Positions 18,867-28,338 of a stretch of 64,000 nt of DNA are shown piece by piece (positions within the stretch are counted from its first letter, which is position 1; every line of letters starts with the position of its first letter). The notes below the pieces were generated by a model. The model was not told where the DNA came from. It was given only the letters and a program-made list of their open reading frames with translations, and did not search any database. Origin of the DNA: Candidatus Microgenomatus sp. (GTDB taxonomy: Bacteria > Patescibacteriota > Microgenomatia > UBA8517); assembly GCA_020724555.1 (NCBI GenBank), contig DYGT01000001.1:65197-129196 (forward strand). The letters are read 5' to 3'. Both the position numbers and the translations under genes were made by a program.

Positions 18867-19856
18867 TTACTGCATCCGTCGCGCCAAAACCATTTTTGTG
18901 CGCCTAATTATTTCATCTGCATTAAGTCCGTATTCCTTTTTTAATTCGCTTGAGTTCCCTGACTGGCCGAATCGGCCATAAACCCCCACAAACTCAATGG
19001 GTATGGGTAAATTTCGCACCAACAACTCAGCCACGGCTCCACCCAAACCACCACTGACCTGGTGGTCTTCAATTGTTACCATGGCTCCCGAAATTTTGGC
19101 TTCGTGTATCAAAGCTTGCTCATCCAAAGGACTGACGCTGTGGCAAGCCACAACTCTTACTGTTATTCCGTCTTTTTTGAGTTTTTGCGCCGCAACCAGC
19201 GCTTCATAAACCAAAGGACCACAGGCCACAAGCGTGGCTTTAGAATCCGTATCTTCCCACACAACGTTTATTTTGCCCGTTTCAAATGGGGTGTTGGGGG
19301 TTGTAATCACCGGACTTTTTGACCTTGTAAGCCTGATGTAAGTTGGACGCAAGCTTTTTGCCGCGACACCAACGGCCTTTTTTGCTTCCTCATAATCACA
19401 AGGAACCAAAACATCCATGTTGGGAAGCGTACGCATTAAAGCAATATCTTCAAGTACCTGGTGTGTGGCCCCGTCTTCGCCCACATCAATTCCGCTGTGG
19501 CTACCTACAATTTTAACAGGCACGTTATTTAGGGCGATTGTCGTCCTTATCTGTTCCCAGTTTCTGCCGGGAGAAAACGCGGCAAAACTGGTGGCAAAGG
19601 GAATTTTGCCATAATTTGCCATACCCGAAGCAATGGTAACCAAAGCTTGTTCGGCTACTCCCACCTCCCAAAAGCGCTCGGGAAATTTTTGGGCAAATGA
19701 CAGTACTCGAGTTGATTCTTCCAGGTCCGCTGACAAAACTACAATACTCTCATTTTTTTCTGCCTCAATAACCAAGCCCTCTCCAAAGCCATCGCGTGTG
19801 GCTTTTAGCTCAACGTTCTTTTTAAATAAATTTTGATTTAAAGTGTTATTTAACAT
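18867..19856 (-). CDS. Transketolase, C-terminal section (pyrimidine-binding plus C-terminal domains)
   Basis: Split transketolase, second half. Adjacent to the N-terminal subunit gene. Confidence 0.8.
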   Translation of the reverse strand: MLNNTLNQNLFKKNVELKATRDGFGEGLVIEAEKNESIVVLSADLEESTRVLSFAQKFPERFWEVGVAEQALVTIASGMANYGKIPFATSFAAFSPGRNWEQIRTTIALNNVPVKIVGSHSGIDVGEDGATHQVLEDIALMRTLPNMDVLVPCDYEEAKKAVGVAAKSLRPTYIRLTRSKSPVITTPNTPFETGKINVVWEDTDSKATLVACGPLVYEALVAAQKLKKDGITVRVVACHSVSPLDEQALIHEAKISGAMVTIEDHQVSGGLGGAVAELLVRNLPIPIEFVGVYGRFGQSGNSSELKKEYGLNADEIIRRTKMVLARRMQ

Positions 19857-20679
19857 CTCGACAGACTTCTTCTAGTTCACGCAGCGCGGCTTTAGCTTCG
19901 TTTTTATTTGGCGCTTTACCGTGCCACAGATAATTGTCTTCCATAAAACTTACCCCCTTACCCGGAGTGGTTTTTGCAATAATCACCGTAGGTTTATCGT
20001 AAACCAGCCTTGCCTGCTTAACCGAATTTAGAATTTGAGAAATATCATGGCCGTCTATTACCAAAGCATTCCAAGAAAAAGCCTGATATTTGCCAAGCAA
20101 AGGCTCAAGCGGCATAACATCACTGGTTTTCCCGCTTATCTGGATGTTGTTGCTGTCAACAAATGCAGTTAAATTTCCTAGCTTATATTTGGCAGCAAAC
20201 AATACAGCTTCCCAATGGTTTCCTTCCTGATGCTCACCGTCGCTTGTCACGCAAAACACCCGAAAACGCCTGCCTTCCCTTTTGGCAACGGCCGCTATTC
20301 CACAAGCTTGGGCCAAACCGGAACCTAATGGTCCGGATGTGATTTCTACCCCGCGAAGTCTTTCTCTTTCCGGGTGGCCTTGCAGAAAAGAGCCAAATTT
20401 ACGAAGGCTTTTTAACTTCTCTTGGGGAAAATATCCAGCATAGCTCAAAGCTGCATATAAAAGCGGAGCAATATGGCCGTTGCTTAAAAGCAAACGGTCT
20501 CGGTCTTCCCAATGGGGATTTTCAGGGTCGTGATGAAGAATGGAAAAATATAAGCAAGCAAAAATGTCCGCCATTCCCAAAGACCCCGCAGCGTGCCCGG
20601 ATCCTGCGGATTCAAGCATTTTGATAACTTCTTTTCTTAAATCACAAGCAATTTCTTTAAGTTTGGCGTTATCCTTCAT
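19846..20679 (-). CDS. Transketolase, N-terminal section (TPP-binding)
   Basis: GHxxxxLG-type TPP-binding region (SAGSGHAAGSLGMADI). The split tkt arrangement is the one seen in archaea and small-genome bacteria. Confidence 0.8.
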   Translation of the reverse strand: MKDNAKLKEIACDLRKEVIKMLESAGSGHAAGSLGMADIFACLYFSILHHDPENPHWEDRDRLLLSNGHIAPLLYAALSYAGYFPQEKLKSLRKFGSFLQGHPERERLRGVEITSGPLGSGLAQACGIAAVAKREGRRFRVFCVTSDGEHQEGNHWEAVLFAAKYKLGNLTAFVDSNNIQISGKTSDVMPLEPLLGKYQAFSWNALVIDGHDISQILNSVKQARLVYDKPTVIIAKTTPGKGVSFMEDNYLWHGKAPNKNEAKAALRELEEVCRDVK

Positions 20680-21341
20680 TAATTGGTATAGGCAAGGCCA
20701 TCTTTATAATCCTTTTTTTTCATGCTCTGCAATTTTTTTTCAAACCTGGCAATAGTTGGGAATACATCCTCACGCTTAGTTACAATTTCAAAGACAGACA
20801 TTTCTTTGTGATCGATATTTAGGCCTTTTTTAATAGCGTCAATAATCTCAATCCAAAATTCTCCAAATAAAATGAAGGGCTTATGGTGGCCGTAATAAAT
20901 ATTAGCCAAAACCCAGGCCGTACCGAACTCACTCATTGTACCGCTCCCACCTTTAAAAATAATAAACATATGGGCGTGTTCCATTAGTTTAAACATCCGC
21001 TCTATGTAATTACTTGTCACAATCTCTTTATCTGTAATATTGCCTAAATACTTTCCTTCAAAACCCGGAGCATCCTGGGGATAAAAAGTTACAGACAGTG
21101 TTTCGCCGTGCACTTTTTTGGCCCCCTGCGTAGAAGCATTCATTACGCCAGGGCCACCACCATTTACAATTGTAAACCCACGGCCTGCTAAATCACACGC
21201 TATCGCATACGCATCCTTATAAACAGGGTCGCTCTCGGAAATATTGGCATCGCCAAAAAATGCTATGTTTTTAATAATACTGCGCTTGAGTTTGCCAATC
21301 TTTTTTTGGGGAATTTTTTTTATGTCTATTTTTTCTGCCAT
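20679..21341 (-). CDS. LOG-family protein (TIGR00730, cytokinin riboside 5'-monophosphate phosphoribohydrolase-like)
   Basis: Motifs IVNGGGPGVMNAS and KGGSGTMSE (PGGxGTxxE). Confidence 0.7.
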   Translation of the reverse strand: MAEKIDIKKIPQKKIGKLKRSIIKNIAFFGDANISESDPVYKDAYAIACDLAGRGFTIVNGGGPGVMNASTQGAKKVHGETLSVTFYPQDAPGFEGKYLGNITDKEIVTSNYIERMFKLMEHAHMFIIFKGGSGTMSEFGTAWVLANIYYGHHKPFILFGEFWIEIIDAIKKGLNIDHKEMSVFEIVTKREDVFPTIARFEKKLQSMKKKDYKDGLAYTN

Positions 21342-21346
21342 GATAT

Positions 21347-21991
21347 TTACGCTATAAGCTGGTCGTTAAATTGTTGCAGATTTTTTTCAATGTTTCCAGT
21401 GATTAAGCTTCGCCCGACCGCCACCTCGTCTACGCCAGCCTGATTTAATGCTTTAATATTACCGGGGTTAATCCCACCATCAACAATTATGGAAAAATCA
21501 GCACCGGATTCATTTTTAATGTTTATTAAATCAGCAATTTTAGAAAATACACGCTCATCAAACTCTTGCCCTCCAAAACCGGCTTTTACGCTCATCAAAA
21601 GTACAGCGTTCAGACTGGTTAGTAATTTTGGATGAATATTAGCAACCGGTGTCTTAAGATCCAAACCAAAACCCACACCACGGCCTTCTTCAGTAACTTT
21701 TTCCACAAAGGCAAACTGGTCACCCATCGCCTCAATGTGGCCAATAATCCGCTCGGCTCCCACTCGTACACACTGCTCTACCCAATTAATTGGCTCTTTG
21801 ACCATAAGCTGAAAATCAAGCATGAGATTAGTTTCAATATAACCCAAGGAGGAGGGCTCAACGGTTTTATTGTCTGCATAAATCCCGTCAACAATATCAA
21901 TCTGTGCGCGATCAAAAACATTTTCACACGCATTAATCATCGCTTTCAACTCACTGGCGTTATTAGTAAGTATGGCAGGCACAATTCTCAT
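21347..21991 (-). CDS. rpe: Ribulose-phosphate 3-epimerase family protein
   Basis: TIM-barrel phosphate-binding enzyme. Matching motifs are MRIVPAIL, LMVKEP and IIVDGGINPGNI. Confidence 0.55.
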   Translation of the reverse strand: MRIVPAILTNNASELKAMINACENVFDRAQIDIVDGIYADNKTVEPSSLGYIETNLMLDFQLMVKEPINWVEQCVRVGAERIIGHIEAMGDQFAFVEKVTEEGRGVGFGLDLKTPVANIHPKLLTSLNAVLLMSVKAGFGGQEFDERVFSKIADLINIKNESGADFSIIVDGGINPGNIKALNQAGVDEVAVGRSLITGNIEKNLQQFNDQLIA

Positions 21992-22002
21992 TTTAAGTGG
22001 TT

Positions 22003-23115
22003 TTACTGAACAGGTTTAAACGACAAGGTAATCGGGTCTGTGGGGGCGCTTGCAGTATCCAGGGTGTTGCCAACACGTATTACTTGCTCCACAAGCCTGT
22101 TGGCATAGCCCCATTCATTATCATACCAGGCAAAAATCTTGACCATATTACCGGCCACCACCTGAGTACTCAATAAGTCCACTATGGCGGATTCGCTTCT
22201 GCCGATGATGTCAGATGAAACCAAAGGTTCCTCGCTTACTGCTAAAATACCTTTATATATGGGGTTTTCGGAAGCTTGCTTTAAAGCCTGATTTACTTCC
22301 TCAACAGAAGTATCTTGTTTCAATAGAAGCGTAAAGTCGGTTATGGAACCCGTTGAAACCGGCACCCTCAAGGCTCGCCCGTCAAAAAGTCCTTTAAGCG
22401 CGGGGATAGTCTCTGTCGTGGCAATGGCTGCCCCGGTGGTGGTTGGGATGATGTTTTCTGCAGCCGCACGGGCTCGGCGCATATCTTTGTGGGAATTATC
22501 CTGCAAATTCTGATCATCCGTATAGCCATGGATCGTGGTCATCATAGCTTTTTCTATCCCAAATCTTGCATGCATCACTGCCGCAACCGGTGCGACGCAA
22601 TTGGTGGTACAACTGGCATTATTTAGCACAACCGCCTGTCCGTCGTACTCATTAACGCCAATTACAAAAGTCCCCACATTGCCTCCTTTGGCGGGGGCTG
22701 AAATGACTACTCTTTTGGCTCCACCCAAAGCGTGTTTTTTTGCATCTTCTTCACTCAAAAACACTCCGGTAGACTCAATAATCACCTCAGCACCATACTG
22801 TGCCCAAGGGATTTTACCAGGATCCTGTTGGGCCAACACAGCAATCTTTGTCTCTTCCCCTTTAACTTTTAAATAACCAATTAAAGGATCTTCATCGGTT
22901 GCTTCTTTGGCAGACCTCACCTCCTCAGCAATAATTTCTTTTTCAAATTTGCGGTAGGTCGTGTCATAATTAATCAAGTGTGCCCAGCCGGGAGTATCCA
23001 TAGAACCGCTGGTGTTTATGGCCATAATTTGCACATTGCCGGCCTGACGCGTAAGGGCTATACGCGCAGCCAACCTGCCAATTCTCCCAAAACCATTAAT
23101 ACCAATCTTTATCAT
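22003..23115 (-). CDS. gap: Glyceraldehyde-3-phosphate dehydrogenase, type I
   Basis: N-terminal IGINGFGRIGR Rossmann motif and the catalytic ASCTTNC. Confidence 0.9.
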   Translation of the reverse strand: MIKIGINGFGRIGRLAARIALTRQAGNVQIMAINTSGSMDTPGWAHLINYDTTYRKFEKEIIAEEVRSAKEATDEDPLIGYLKVKGEETKIAVLAQQDPGKIPWAQYGAEVIIESTGVFLSEEDAKKHALGGAKRVVISAPAKGGNVGTFVIGVNEYDGQAVVLNNASCTTNCVAPVAAVMHARFGIEKAMMTTIHGYTDDQNLQDNSHKDMRRARAAAENIIPTTTGAAIATTETIPALKGLFDGRALRVPVSTGSITDFTLLLKQDTSVEEVNQALKQASENPIYKGILAVSEEPLVSSDIIGRSESAIVDLLSTQVVAGNMVKIFAWYDNEWGYANRLVEQVIRVGNTLDTASAPTDPITLSFKPVQ

Positions 23116-23118
23116 AAT

Positions 23119-24156
23119 TTAGTCTAGCAATGCCTTAATGCCCGGTAAAGTACCACTCACCAAATATTCAAGCATGGCGCCTCCTCCGGTTGAAACCCAA
23201 TCAAACTTAGGCAAAAGCCCCAGCATACCCAAAGCAGAAGATGTATCCCCACCGCCAACCAGCTTGTAAGCTTTGGCATTGGCAGCTGCCTCAAAAACGC
23301 GTTTTGTCCCCAGCATATGACCTTCGTCTTCAAATTTTCCAGGAACACCCGCCAAAATAACAGTACCTGCTTTTTTTAATTCAGCTTCTATGGCTTCTAT
23401 GGAATGAATGGTGATGTCTTCTTTATCGGGTGTAAGATGGGAAACAAATACCTTGGGACCAAATTTAGCGTCTTCTAAATATTCAGGAAGCCTACCTGCA
23501 ATCATTAATTTGTCGGATATTTTCTCCAAACCCTCTGTGTATTTTAATTTATCTTTTTTAACTCCGGACAACAGGCTTACCACCGGGCGCTTTGGATTAT
23601 CCCGCACCCGATCAAGGTGTATAACCTCTTCTTGAAAATTTAGACCAACATACGCTCTGGGCTTTAAAGCCTCTGCCAAACCCACAACTGAGGCGCTTTG
23701 TCTGTGACTTGCGGCAAAAGCTTCATTTACAAACACCTCTCCCCGGGACCTAAATAAATCTACAAAAACAGGATCATTTACCTCCTCGCCTGTCCAAAAG
23801 CGCAGATTCTCCACCAATAAATATTTATTATTGTTTTCCAAAGCGGACACAAGTCCTTGTTCAAACTCTTCCAAAAACGGAGCAAATTGCACAAAAAATA
23901 TCTCACTGCCTAAGGCTTTAGATAAAAACGGAGTCAAAGGAAACAAAGACAAATCTTTTTGATACACCCCCTTGGGGCGGCCGCGGTGGCCAAGGATAAT
24001 AATTTTCTTGGCATTGTTAAGATTACCGATCGTCCTAACGGCAGCGCTTATTCTTTTGTCTTCTAATGTGTTTTCGTCAAAATTAACGTCCAGGTCGCAG
24101 CGCAGCAAAACGTTTTTACCGGAAACGTCAAGATTTTTTAAAGTGGGAAGCTTCAT
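23119..24156 (-). CDS. pgk: Phosphoglycerate kinase (short form)
   Basis: N-terminal GKNVLLRCDLDVN matches the PGK start. At 345 aa it is shorter than typical PGKs. Confidence 0.7.
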   Translation of the reverse strand: MKLPTLKNLDVSGKNVLLRCDLDVNFDENTLEDKRISAAVRTIGNLNNAKKIIILGHRGRPKGVYQKDLSLFPLTPFLSKALGSEIFFVQFAPFLEEFEQGLVSALENNNKYLLVENLRFWTGEEVNDPVFVDLFRSRGEVFVNEAFAASHRQSASVVGLAEALKPRAYVGLNFQEEVIHLDRVRDNPKRPVVSLLSGVKKDKLKYTEGLEKISDKLMIAGRLPEYLEDAKFGPKVFVSHLTPDKEDITIHSIEAIEAELKKAGTVILAGVPGKFEDEGHMLGTKRVFEAAANAKAYKLVGGGDTSSALGMLGLLPKFDWVSTGGGAMLEYLVSGTLPGIKALLD

Positions 24157-24589
24157 ATTTTTTTATTTTTCTAACGCGCCTTTTGTGTCTTTGAGCTTGG
24201 GAAAAACGCGTATTTAAAAAAACATCAACCATTCTTTTTGCGGTTGTTGAACCCACATAATCTGCCCCCAAAGAAATAACATTGGCATTATTGTGCTCGC
24301 GGGCCTTTTGTGCCATTTTTAAGTTTGTACAAACCGCCGCATAGACTCCACTAACTTTATTGGCAACAATAGCCTCGCCAATACCCGACCTGCCGATCAC
24401 AATACCAAAACCTTCTTTAGAGGTCGAAACAGCCTCGGCTAAAGGAAAAACAAAATCAGGATAATCGTCGTACTTTTCGAAAATTTTATTGCCTACGTCT
24501 TCAACCGAATACCCCAAGCCTAACAAAAAAGATTTTATTTCTTCTTTTAAATAAAATCCACCGTGATCGCTGGCAATAAATATTTTCAT
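24128..24589 (-). CDS. rpiB: Ribose-5-phosphate isomerase B (RpiB/LacAB family)
   Basis: MKIFIASDHGGFYLKEE N-terminal signature. Confidence 0.8.
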   Translation of the reverse strand: MKIFIASDHGGFYLKEEIKSFLLGLGYSVEDVGNKIFEKYDDYPDFVFPLAEAVSTSKEGFGIVIGRSGIGEAIVANKVSGVYAAVCTNLKMAQKAREHNNANVISLGADYVGSTTAKRMVDVFLNTRFSQAQRHKRRVRKIKKYEASHFKKS

Positions 24590-25245
24590 TTAAATCCTTT
24601 TGCTAAATTTTCAATTACTGTGCGCGGGTTTTCTGCGTTCATTATACCCGAGGCAATTGCAAAACCGCTTGCACCCAAATTAAGACTGGTTGTTATATCT
24701 TCCTTTGTCTGTATGCCGGCCCCGACGATCAAAGGTATATCCGCGTTTTTTGCTATATTTACCGCTTTCTTAACAATGTCGGGCTTTTCAGTTGCCACAG
24801 ATTTGTCACTACTGCCGATTAGTTCCGGGGGTTCATACGAAACAAAATCCGGCTTAAGTGAAATTGCCTGCCTCAACTCATCAGTGCTATCGGCAAATAT
24901 TAAAGTTTTTAAACCTACGTCCCGGGCACGTTGATTTCTGCCGGCAAGATCTTCCACATTTAAAGCCTTATTTTCTGAATGGTTTAAGACTGCCCCTTTT
25001 GCGCCTGCCAAAAGAACCCCTTCGGGCAAAGTGTGCCCGGTGTGCGCGCCATAAGTAATGTTATCTATGCCCTGCACCCACACCTCCAAGCTGGTCTGGC
25101 CGGCAATCATCCTTAAATCCAAGGCTTGAACAATTGGGATAAGTTTAACCCCTGTTTCCCGGGATACCGACTCCAACGTCTTTACCATTTCCAACGCTTT
25201 TTCCCCGGTACCTGTTTCGTACGTTTTAAAATTTATAAAAATCAT
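24586..25245 (-). CDS. tpiA: Triosephosphate isomerase, archaeal type
   Basis: Contains EPPELIG, the motif typical of archaeal-type TIM, rather than the bacterial AYEPVWAIGTG. Confidence 0.75.
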   Translation of the reverse strand: MIFINFKTYETGTGEKALEMVKTLESVSRETGVKLIPIVQALDLRMIAGQTSLEVWVQGIDNITYGAHTGHTLPEGVLLAGAKGAVLNHSENKALNVEDLAGRNQRARDVGLKTLIFADSTDELRQAISLKPDFVSYEPPELIGSSDKSVATEKPDIVKKAVNIAKNADIPLIVGAGIQTKEDITTSLNLGASGFAIASGIMNAENPRTVIENLAKGFK

Positions 25246-25491
25246 TTAATTAATTTGCAAAAGCTGACTTATTTTCGCTTTATCAAAGCCTATCACAGTT
25301 TCTCTTTTATTGTCTTTGTTAATAACTACAAAAGGCACACCCAAAAACCCACCCGATATGGCCACCATTTCCTCGCGCGCAACATCGTCCTGGTCCACCA
25401 ACTTTTCCGTAAATTCCACGCCATAGCTTTGCAAAAATTCTTTGAGCATTTTGCAATAAGGACAAGTAGTAGTTGAATAAATGGTCACCAT
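25246..25491 (-). CDS. Glutaredoxin-like protein (NrdH/Grx family)
   Basis: 81 aa with a CPYC active site and a thioredoxin fold. Confidence 0.8.
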   Translation of the reverse strand: MVTIYSTTTCPYCKMLKEFLQSYGVEFTEKLVDQDDVAREEMVAISGGFLGVPFVVINKDNKRETVIGFDKAKISQLLQIN

Positions 25492-25494
25492 CGT

Positions 25495-26244
25495 TCACGC
25501 CACCACCTTTCTCTGGAACAAAAATCCAAGTATCTGGAGCCACACTGGCTGGTTCACGTCCTCGATCTTGCCCGTAGAAGCAGATACCAAAACAGATACA
25601 TCCACCGGCAACTCCATCAAATTAAACAAAGAGACTATTTTTTGCCCTTCAAGCTGGTACAGAACCTCCCCATCAATGCCCTGCTTTAAGGTCATTATTG
25701 AATTCTCGTTTAATTTTGTAACAACATTAGACCTCACAGCTGAAAGTAAAGCCTCTGACGGCATCACCAAAAGATATTGCCTACCCGTATCTGTACTGAC
25801 CGAAACCCTACGATCCTTGGTGTCAATATATATGGGGTATTGTGTTTCAGCTGCCACGCCATTTTGGACAATGCGAAATTTACCTTCGGTATTTAATATG
25901 CGAATTTCTTGAGGTTTTTGTTTCGCCTCAAGCGTAATAATTTCGTCACCGTAGGACGTAACATCCGCCACTGTTTGCTCGCCATTAACGACCACGGTTA
26001 ACTGAACTGTATCGTTTTGCCGTTCAAGCGCCAAATAGGCTTCATTTTTTATGTTTTTCCCGTCTAAAGCATTGGTGACCACTAGTTCTTCGGGGGGGAG
26101 GCTTGTCAGGGCACCGTCAGTAAGCCCCAAAACGTTCCACCTTAAATTTCCGTCTGTTTGGATGTTGACCAAAGAAGCATGAGCATAAGGAGGAACAAAC
26201 ATAAAAATCAAAAAAAACACTCCCACTAGCAAAGAAGTTTTCAT
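25495..26244 (-). CDS. Hypothetical secreted protein
   Basis: Signal peptide MKTSLLVGVFFLIFMFVPPYAHA. No known domain. Confidence 0.5.
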   Translation of the reverse strand: MKTSLLVGVFFLIFMFVPPYAHASLVNIQTDGNLRWNVLGLTDGALTSLPPEELVVTNALDGKNIKNEAYLALERQNDTVQLTVVVNGEQTVADVTSYGDEIITLEAKQKPQEIRILNTEGKFRIVQNGVAAETQYPIYIDTKDRRVSVSTDTGRQYLLVMPSEALLSAVRSNVVTKLNENSIMTLKQGIDGEVLYQLEGQKIVSLFNLMELPVDVSVLVSASTGKIEDVNQPVWLQILGFLFQRKVVA

Positions 26245-26274
26245 TACACTAATTGTAGCGCAACCGATTATAAT

Positions 26275-26760
26275 TTAAAAAGACCCTTCCAAAAATTTGT
26301 TTGAGGGCACTTCTCCCCGCACGCTTTCGCGGCTAATAACAACATGGTTTGCGTCTTGCCAGCCGCTTTCAATCATATACTCTCCCACATAACCTCCTTT
26401 AGCAGCTTCAAGCTCTCCTAAAAGCTTATATCCGTCTTCTTTTTGAAGCCATACAAAGTACTTGTCAGTCCCTGGATTTTCCAAATCCGCAAGAACGCTT
26501 AAGCTGTTTTTGTCTTCACTTCTGGTAACAAGCGCCATTTGATTCTCACGGGAAAGTTCAAGCTTTTCTCCCTCATCGCTTATGACGGATGAGCCAAAAA
26601 CCTCTTGCATGCGGTCACGCACAGACGGGGTCGGGGTTGGTTCTAAAGCAATCTTCTGAGGAGTATTGTCATTTCGGGACCAAAAAAAATAACCTAGTCC
26701 CAAAATTATTGCTGCAACTAACGCAATTAATATCCTTTTGTCCATTATTATTCGCAACAT
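26275..26760 (-). CDS. Hypothetical membrane-anchored protein
   Basis: 161 aa with an N-terminal TM anchor. Confidence 0.5.
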   Translation of the reverse strand: MLRIIMDKRILIALVAAIILGLGYFFWSRNDNTPQKIALEPTPTPSVRDRMQEVFGSSVISDEGEKLELSRENQMALVTRSEDKNSLSVLADLENPGTDKYFVWLQKEDGYKLLGELEAAKGGYVGEYMIESGWQDANHVVISRESVRGEVPSNKFLEGSF

Positions 26761-26897
26761 GGGTCTTTAAAGCCACAATTTTTACAAATTGCTTCTTTAC
26801 TCCCAGCTATGATGCCTATTAGCATACCACACTGGGGGCATTTTTGCATCTGCCTTAATTTTTTCCGCATTTTAACTGCATTTTTACCGCGCGTCAT
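26748..26897 (-). CDS. Small zinc-ribbon protein (49 aa, CxxC...CxxC), absent from the ORF track
   Basis: Hand translation gives MTRGKNAVKMRKKLRQMQKCPQCGMLIGIIAGSKEAICKNCGFKDPCCE. Its stop overlaps the start of the downstream gene (ATGTTGCGAATAA). Confidence 0.3.
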   Translation of the reverse strand: MTRGKNAVKMRKKLRQMQKCPQCGMLIGIIAGSKEAICKNCGFKDPCCE

Positions 26898-27079
26898 GAA
26901 TTCATTCTGCTATAAAGCCCAAATAGGGATAAAACAGCGGCAATCAAAAGCCACTGGGTTGAAGCCAACCAGATATCCTGGCCAAGGTAGCCAATACCCG
27001 ATAATACAATGGAAATCAAGGCTCCTCCCATCAGAATCTGTGATAAAAGTCCCCAGTCTTTCTTTTTCATCTTCATCAC
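26894..27079 (-). CDS. Small membrane protein (61 aa, two TM segments)
   Basis: Hydrophobic ORF directly upstream of the zinc-ribbon ORF on the same strand. Confidence 0.3.
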   Translation of the reverse strand: MMKMKKKDWGLLSQILMGGALISIVLSGIGYLGQDIWLASTQWLLIAAVLSLFGLYSRMNS

Positions 27080-27129
27080 CCCCTTTCATATTAACATCAT
27101 ATAAAACCATATTAAAAGCGCGACATTGC

Positions 27130-27158
27130 TTGACAAATAAGGGTTTAAAACCTATAAT
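27130..27158 (+). promoter_or_regulatory. Near-consensus sigma70-type promoter (TTGACA-N17-TATAAT) for the M23 peptidase gene
   Basis: TTGACA at 27130-27135 and TATAAT at 27153-27158 with a 17-bp spacer. This is an exact consensus match. Confidence 0.6.
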
Positions 27159-27165
27159 TGGCCAC

Positions 27166-27193
27166 TCGCAAAAAATGCGAGTTTTTTATTTGC
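27166..27193 (+). terminator. Terminator-like hairpin plus U-tract in the 5' leader of the M23 peptidase transcript (possible attenuator)
   Basis: ctcgca-aaaaat-gcgag followed by ttttttattt. It starts about 8 nt after the predicted transcription start site. Confidence 0.4.
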
Positions 27194-27223
27194 CTCAAAT
27201 GAGCCGGTCTCACGCGAGGCGTT

Positions 27224-27904
27224 ATGAGTAAGCTATCCATCAGTTTTATCGGTGGCCGAAGACTCGACATAGCTTTGGTCAAGCCACGCATAAAACCAAA
27301 AACCGAACCGCTTATTCCCTCCTTGTCCACGCTTCGGAGAGTTCGCCGTGGCAACAAAATCTCGCGTTTTTTCAGTCTCATCGCCCAACATAATAAATTC
27401 AGGCGTATTCTAGGCACAAATCTTGCTGTAGCTTTACTGGCGAGCTCAATCGTTCCCACTACCACAAACTTTACAGTGGAGGCAGAAACGTCAATTATCA
27501 CCTCTGATTTAACCAATTTTAAGACCGAGCGCAGTATCAAAAAACCAACAGATACTACAAAAATCAGCCAAAGATATAGTTTTTTCCACCCGGCAGTCGA
27601 CTTCGACGGCGAAACCGGAGATCCTGTATACGCGATTATGAAAGGCGAAGTAAAAGAGGTGCAATACTCACGCTTTTCGTACGGCAATGCCATAATCATC
27701 GACCACGGCGATGGTGTGGAAAGTTTATACGCCCATTTAAGCAAAGTCGAGGTTAAAAAAGAAAGTATAGTTGCCGCAGGAGAAAAAATTGGCGAAATTG
27801 GCTCAACCGGCCGCTCTACAGGGGATCATTTGCACTTGGAAATCCGCTTTGACGGTAAAGCCATTAACCCTGAATCAATCCTTCCTGCACCAGATACTCT
27901 TTAA
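27224..27904 (+). CDS. M23 family (LytM-like) peptidoglycan metallopeptidase
   Basis: HxxxD...YAHL...GSTGRSTGDHLHLE motif set typical of M23 peptidases. Confidence 0.85.
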   Translation: MSKLSISFIGGRRLDIALVKPRIKPKTEPLIPSLSTLRRVRRGNKISRFFSLIAQHNKFRRILGTNLAVALLASSIVPTTTNFTVEAETSIITSDLTNFKTERSIKKPTDTTKISQRYSFFHPAVDFDGETGDPVYAIMKGEVKEVQYSRFSYGNAIIIDHGDGVESLYAHLSKVEVKKESIVAAGEKIGEIGSTGRSTGDHLHLEIRFDGKAINPESILPAPDTL

Positions 27905-28322
27905 CTCTAACTGCCACAAGCTGGTCCAGAGCCAAAGGTAAATTACATGCTTCTTCTAAATCAATCCATCTGTGACGGCTTTTACCAGGTTCTTTATTCG
28001 CCACCTCTCCATTTACAGCCAAAACCACATAAGGAGAATATTCTACAAAACGATTGCTCAAGGTCATATCTAAAAAAACAGGAAGTTTAGTAAATTGTGT
28101 AGGTTTTACACCTAGCTCTTCATCCATCTCTCGCTCCAATGCTTGCCGGGGAGTTTCTCCTTCTTCGATTGCTCCACCAGGAATTATCGTATAACCAAAA
28201 TGGCCTGACTCTGGACTTACCCTATCCTCAACCAGTATTTTTCCATCAGAATTTATTACAGCAAAAATTGCCGCATAAAACCAAGGAACTAAACGTTCTT
28301 TTTGTATTTCTGCCCAAGACAT
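27864..28322 (-). CDS. NUDIX hydrolase
   Basis: Nudix box GGAIEEGETPRQALEREMDEELGV. Confidence 0.8.
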   Translation of the reverse strand: MSWAEIQKERLVPWFYAAIFAVINSDGKILVEDRVSPESGHFGYTIIPGGAIEEGETPRQALEREMDEELGVKPTQFTKLPVFLDMTLSNRFVEYSPYVVLAVNGEVANKEPGKSRHRWIDLEEACNLPLALDQLVAVRVKEYLVQEGLIQG

Positions 28323-28338
28323 GGAGCTATTATATCAC

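Noticed and set aside
27145-27744. 199-aa minus-strand ORF overlapping the M23 peptidase gene
   Set aside because: It is antisense to a gene with clear M23 motifs and has no domain signal.
27864-27904. 41-bp convergent overlap between the M23 peptidase and Nudix genes
   Set aside because: Both stop codons are fixed and both products have clear motifs. This is probably just tight packing, possibly with antisense interference, and there is nothing more to support.
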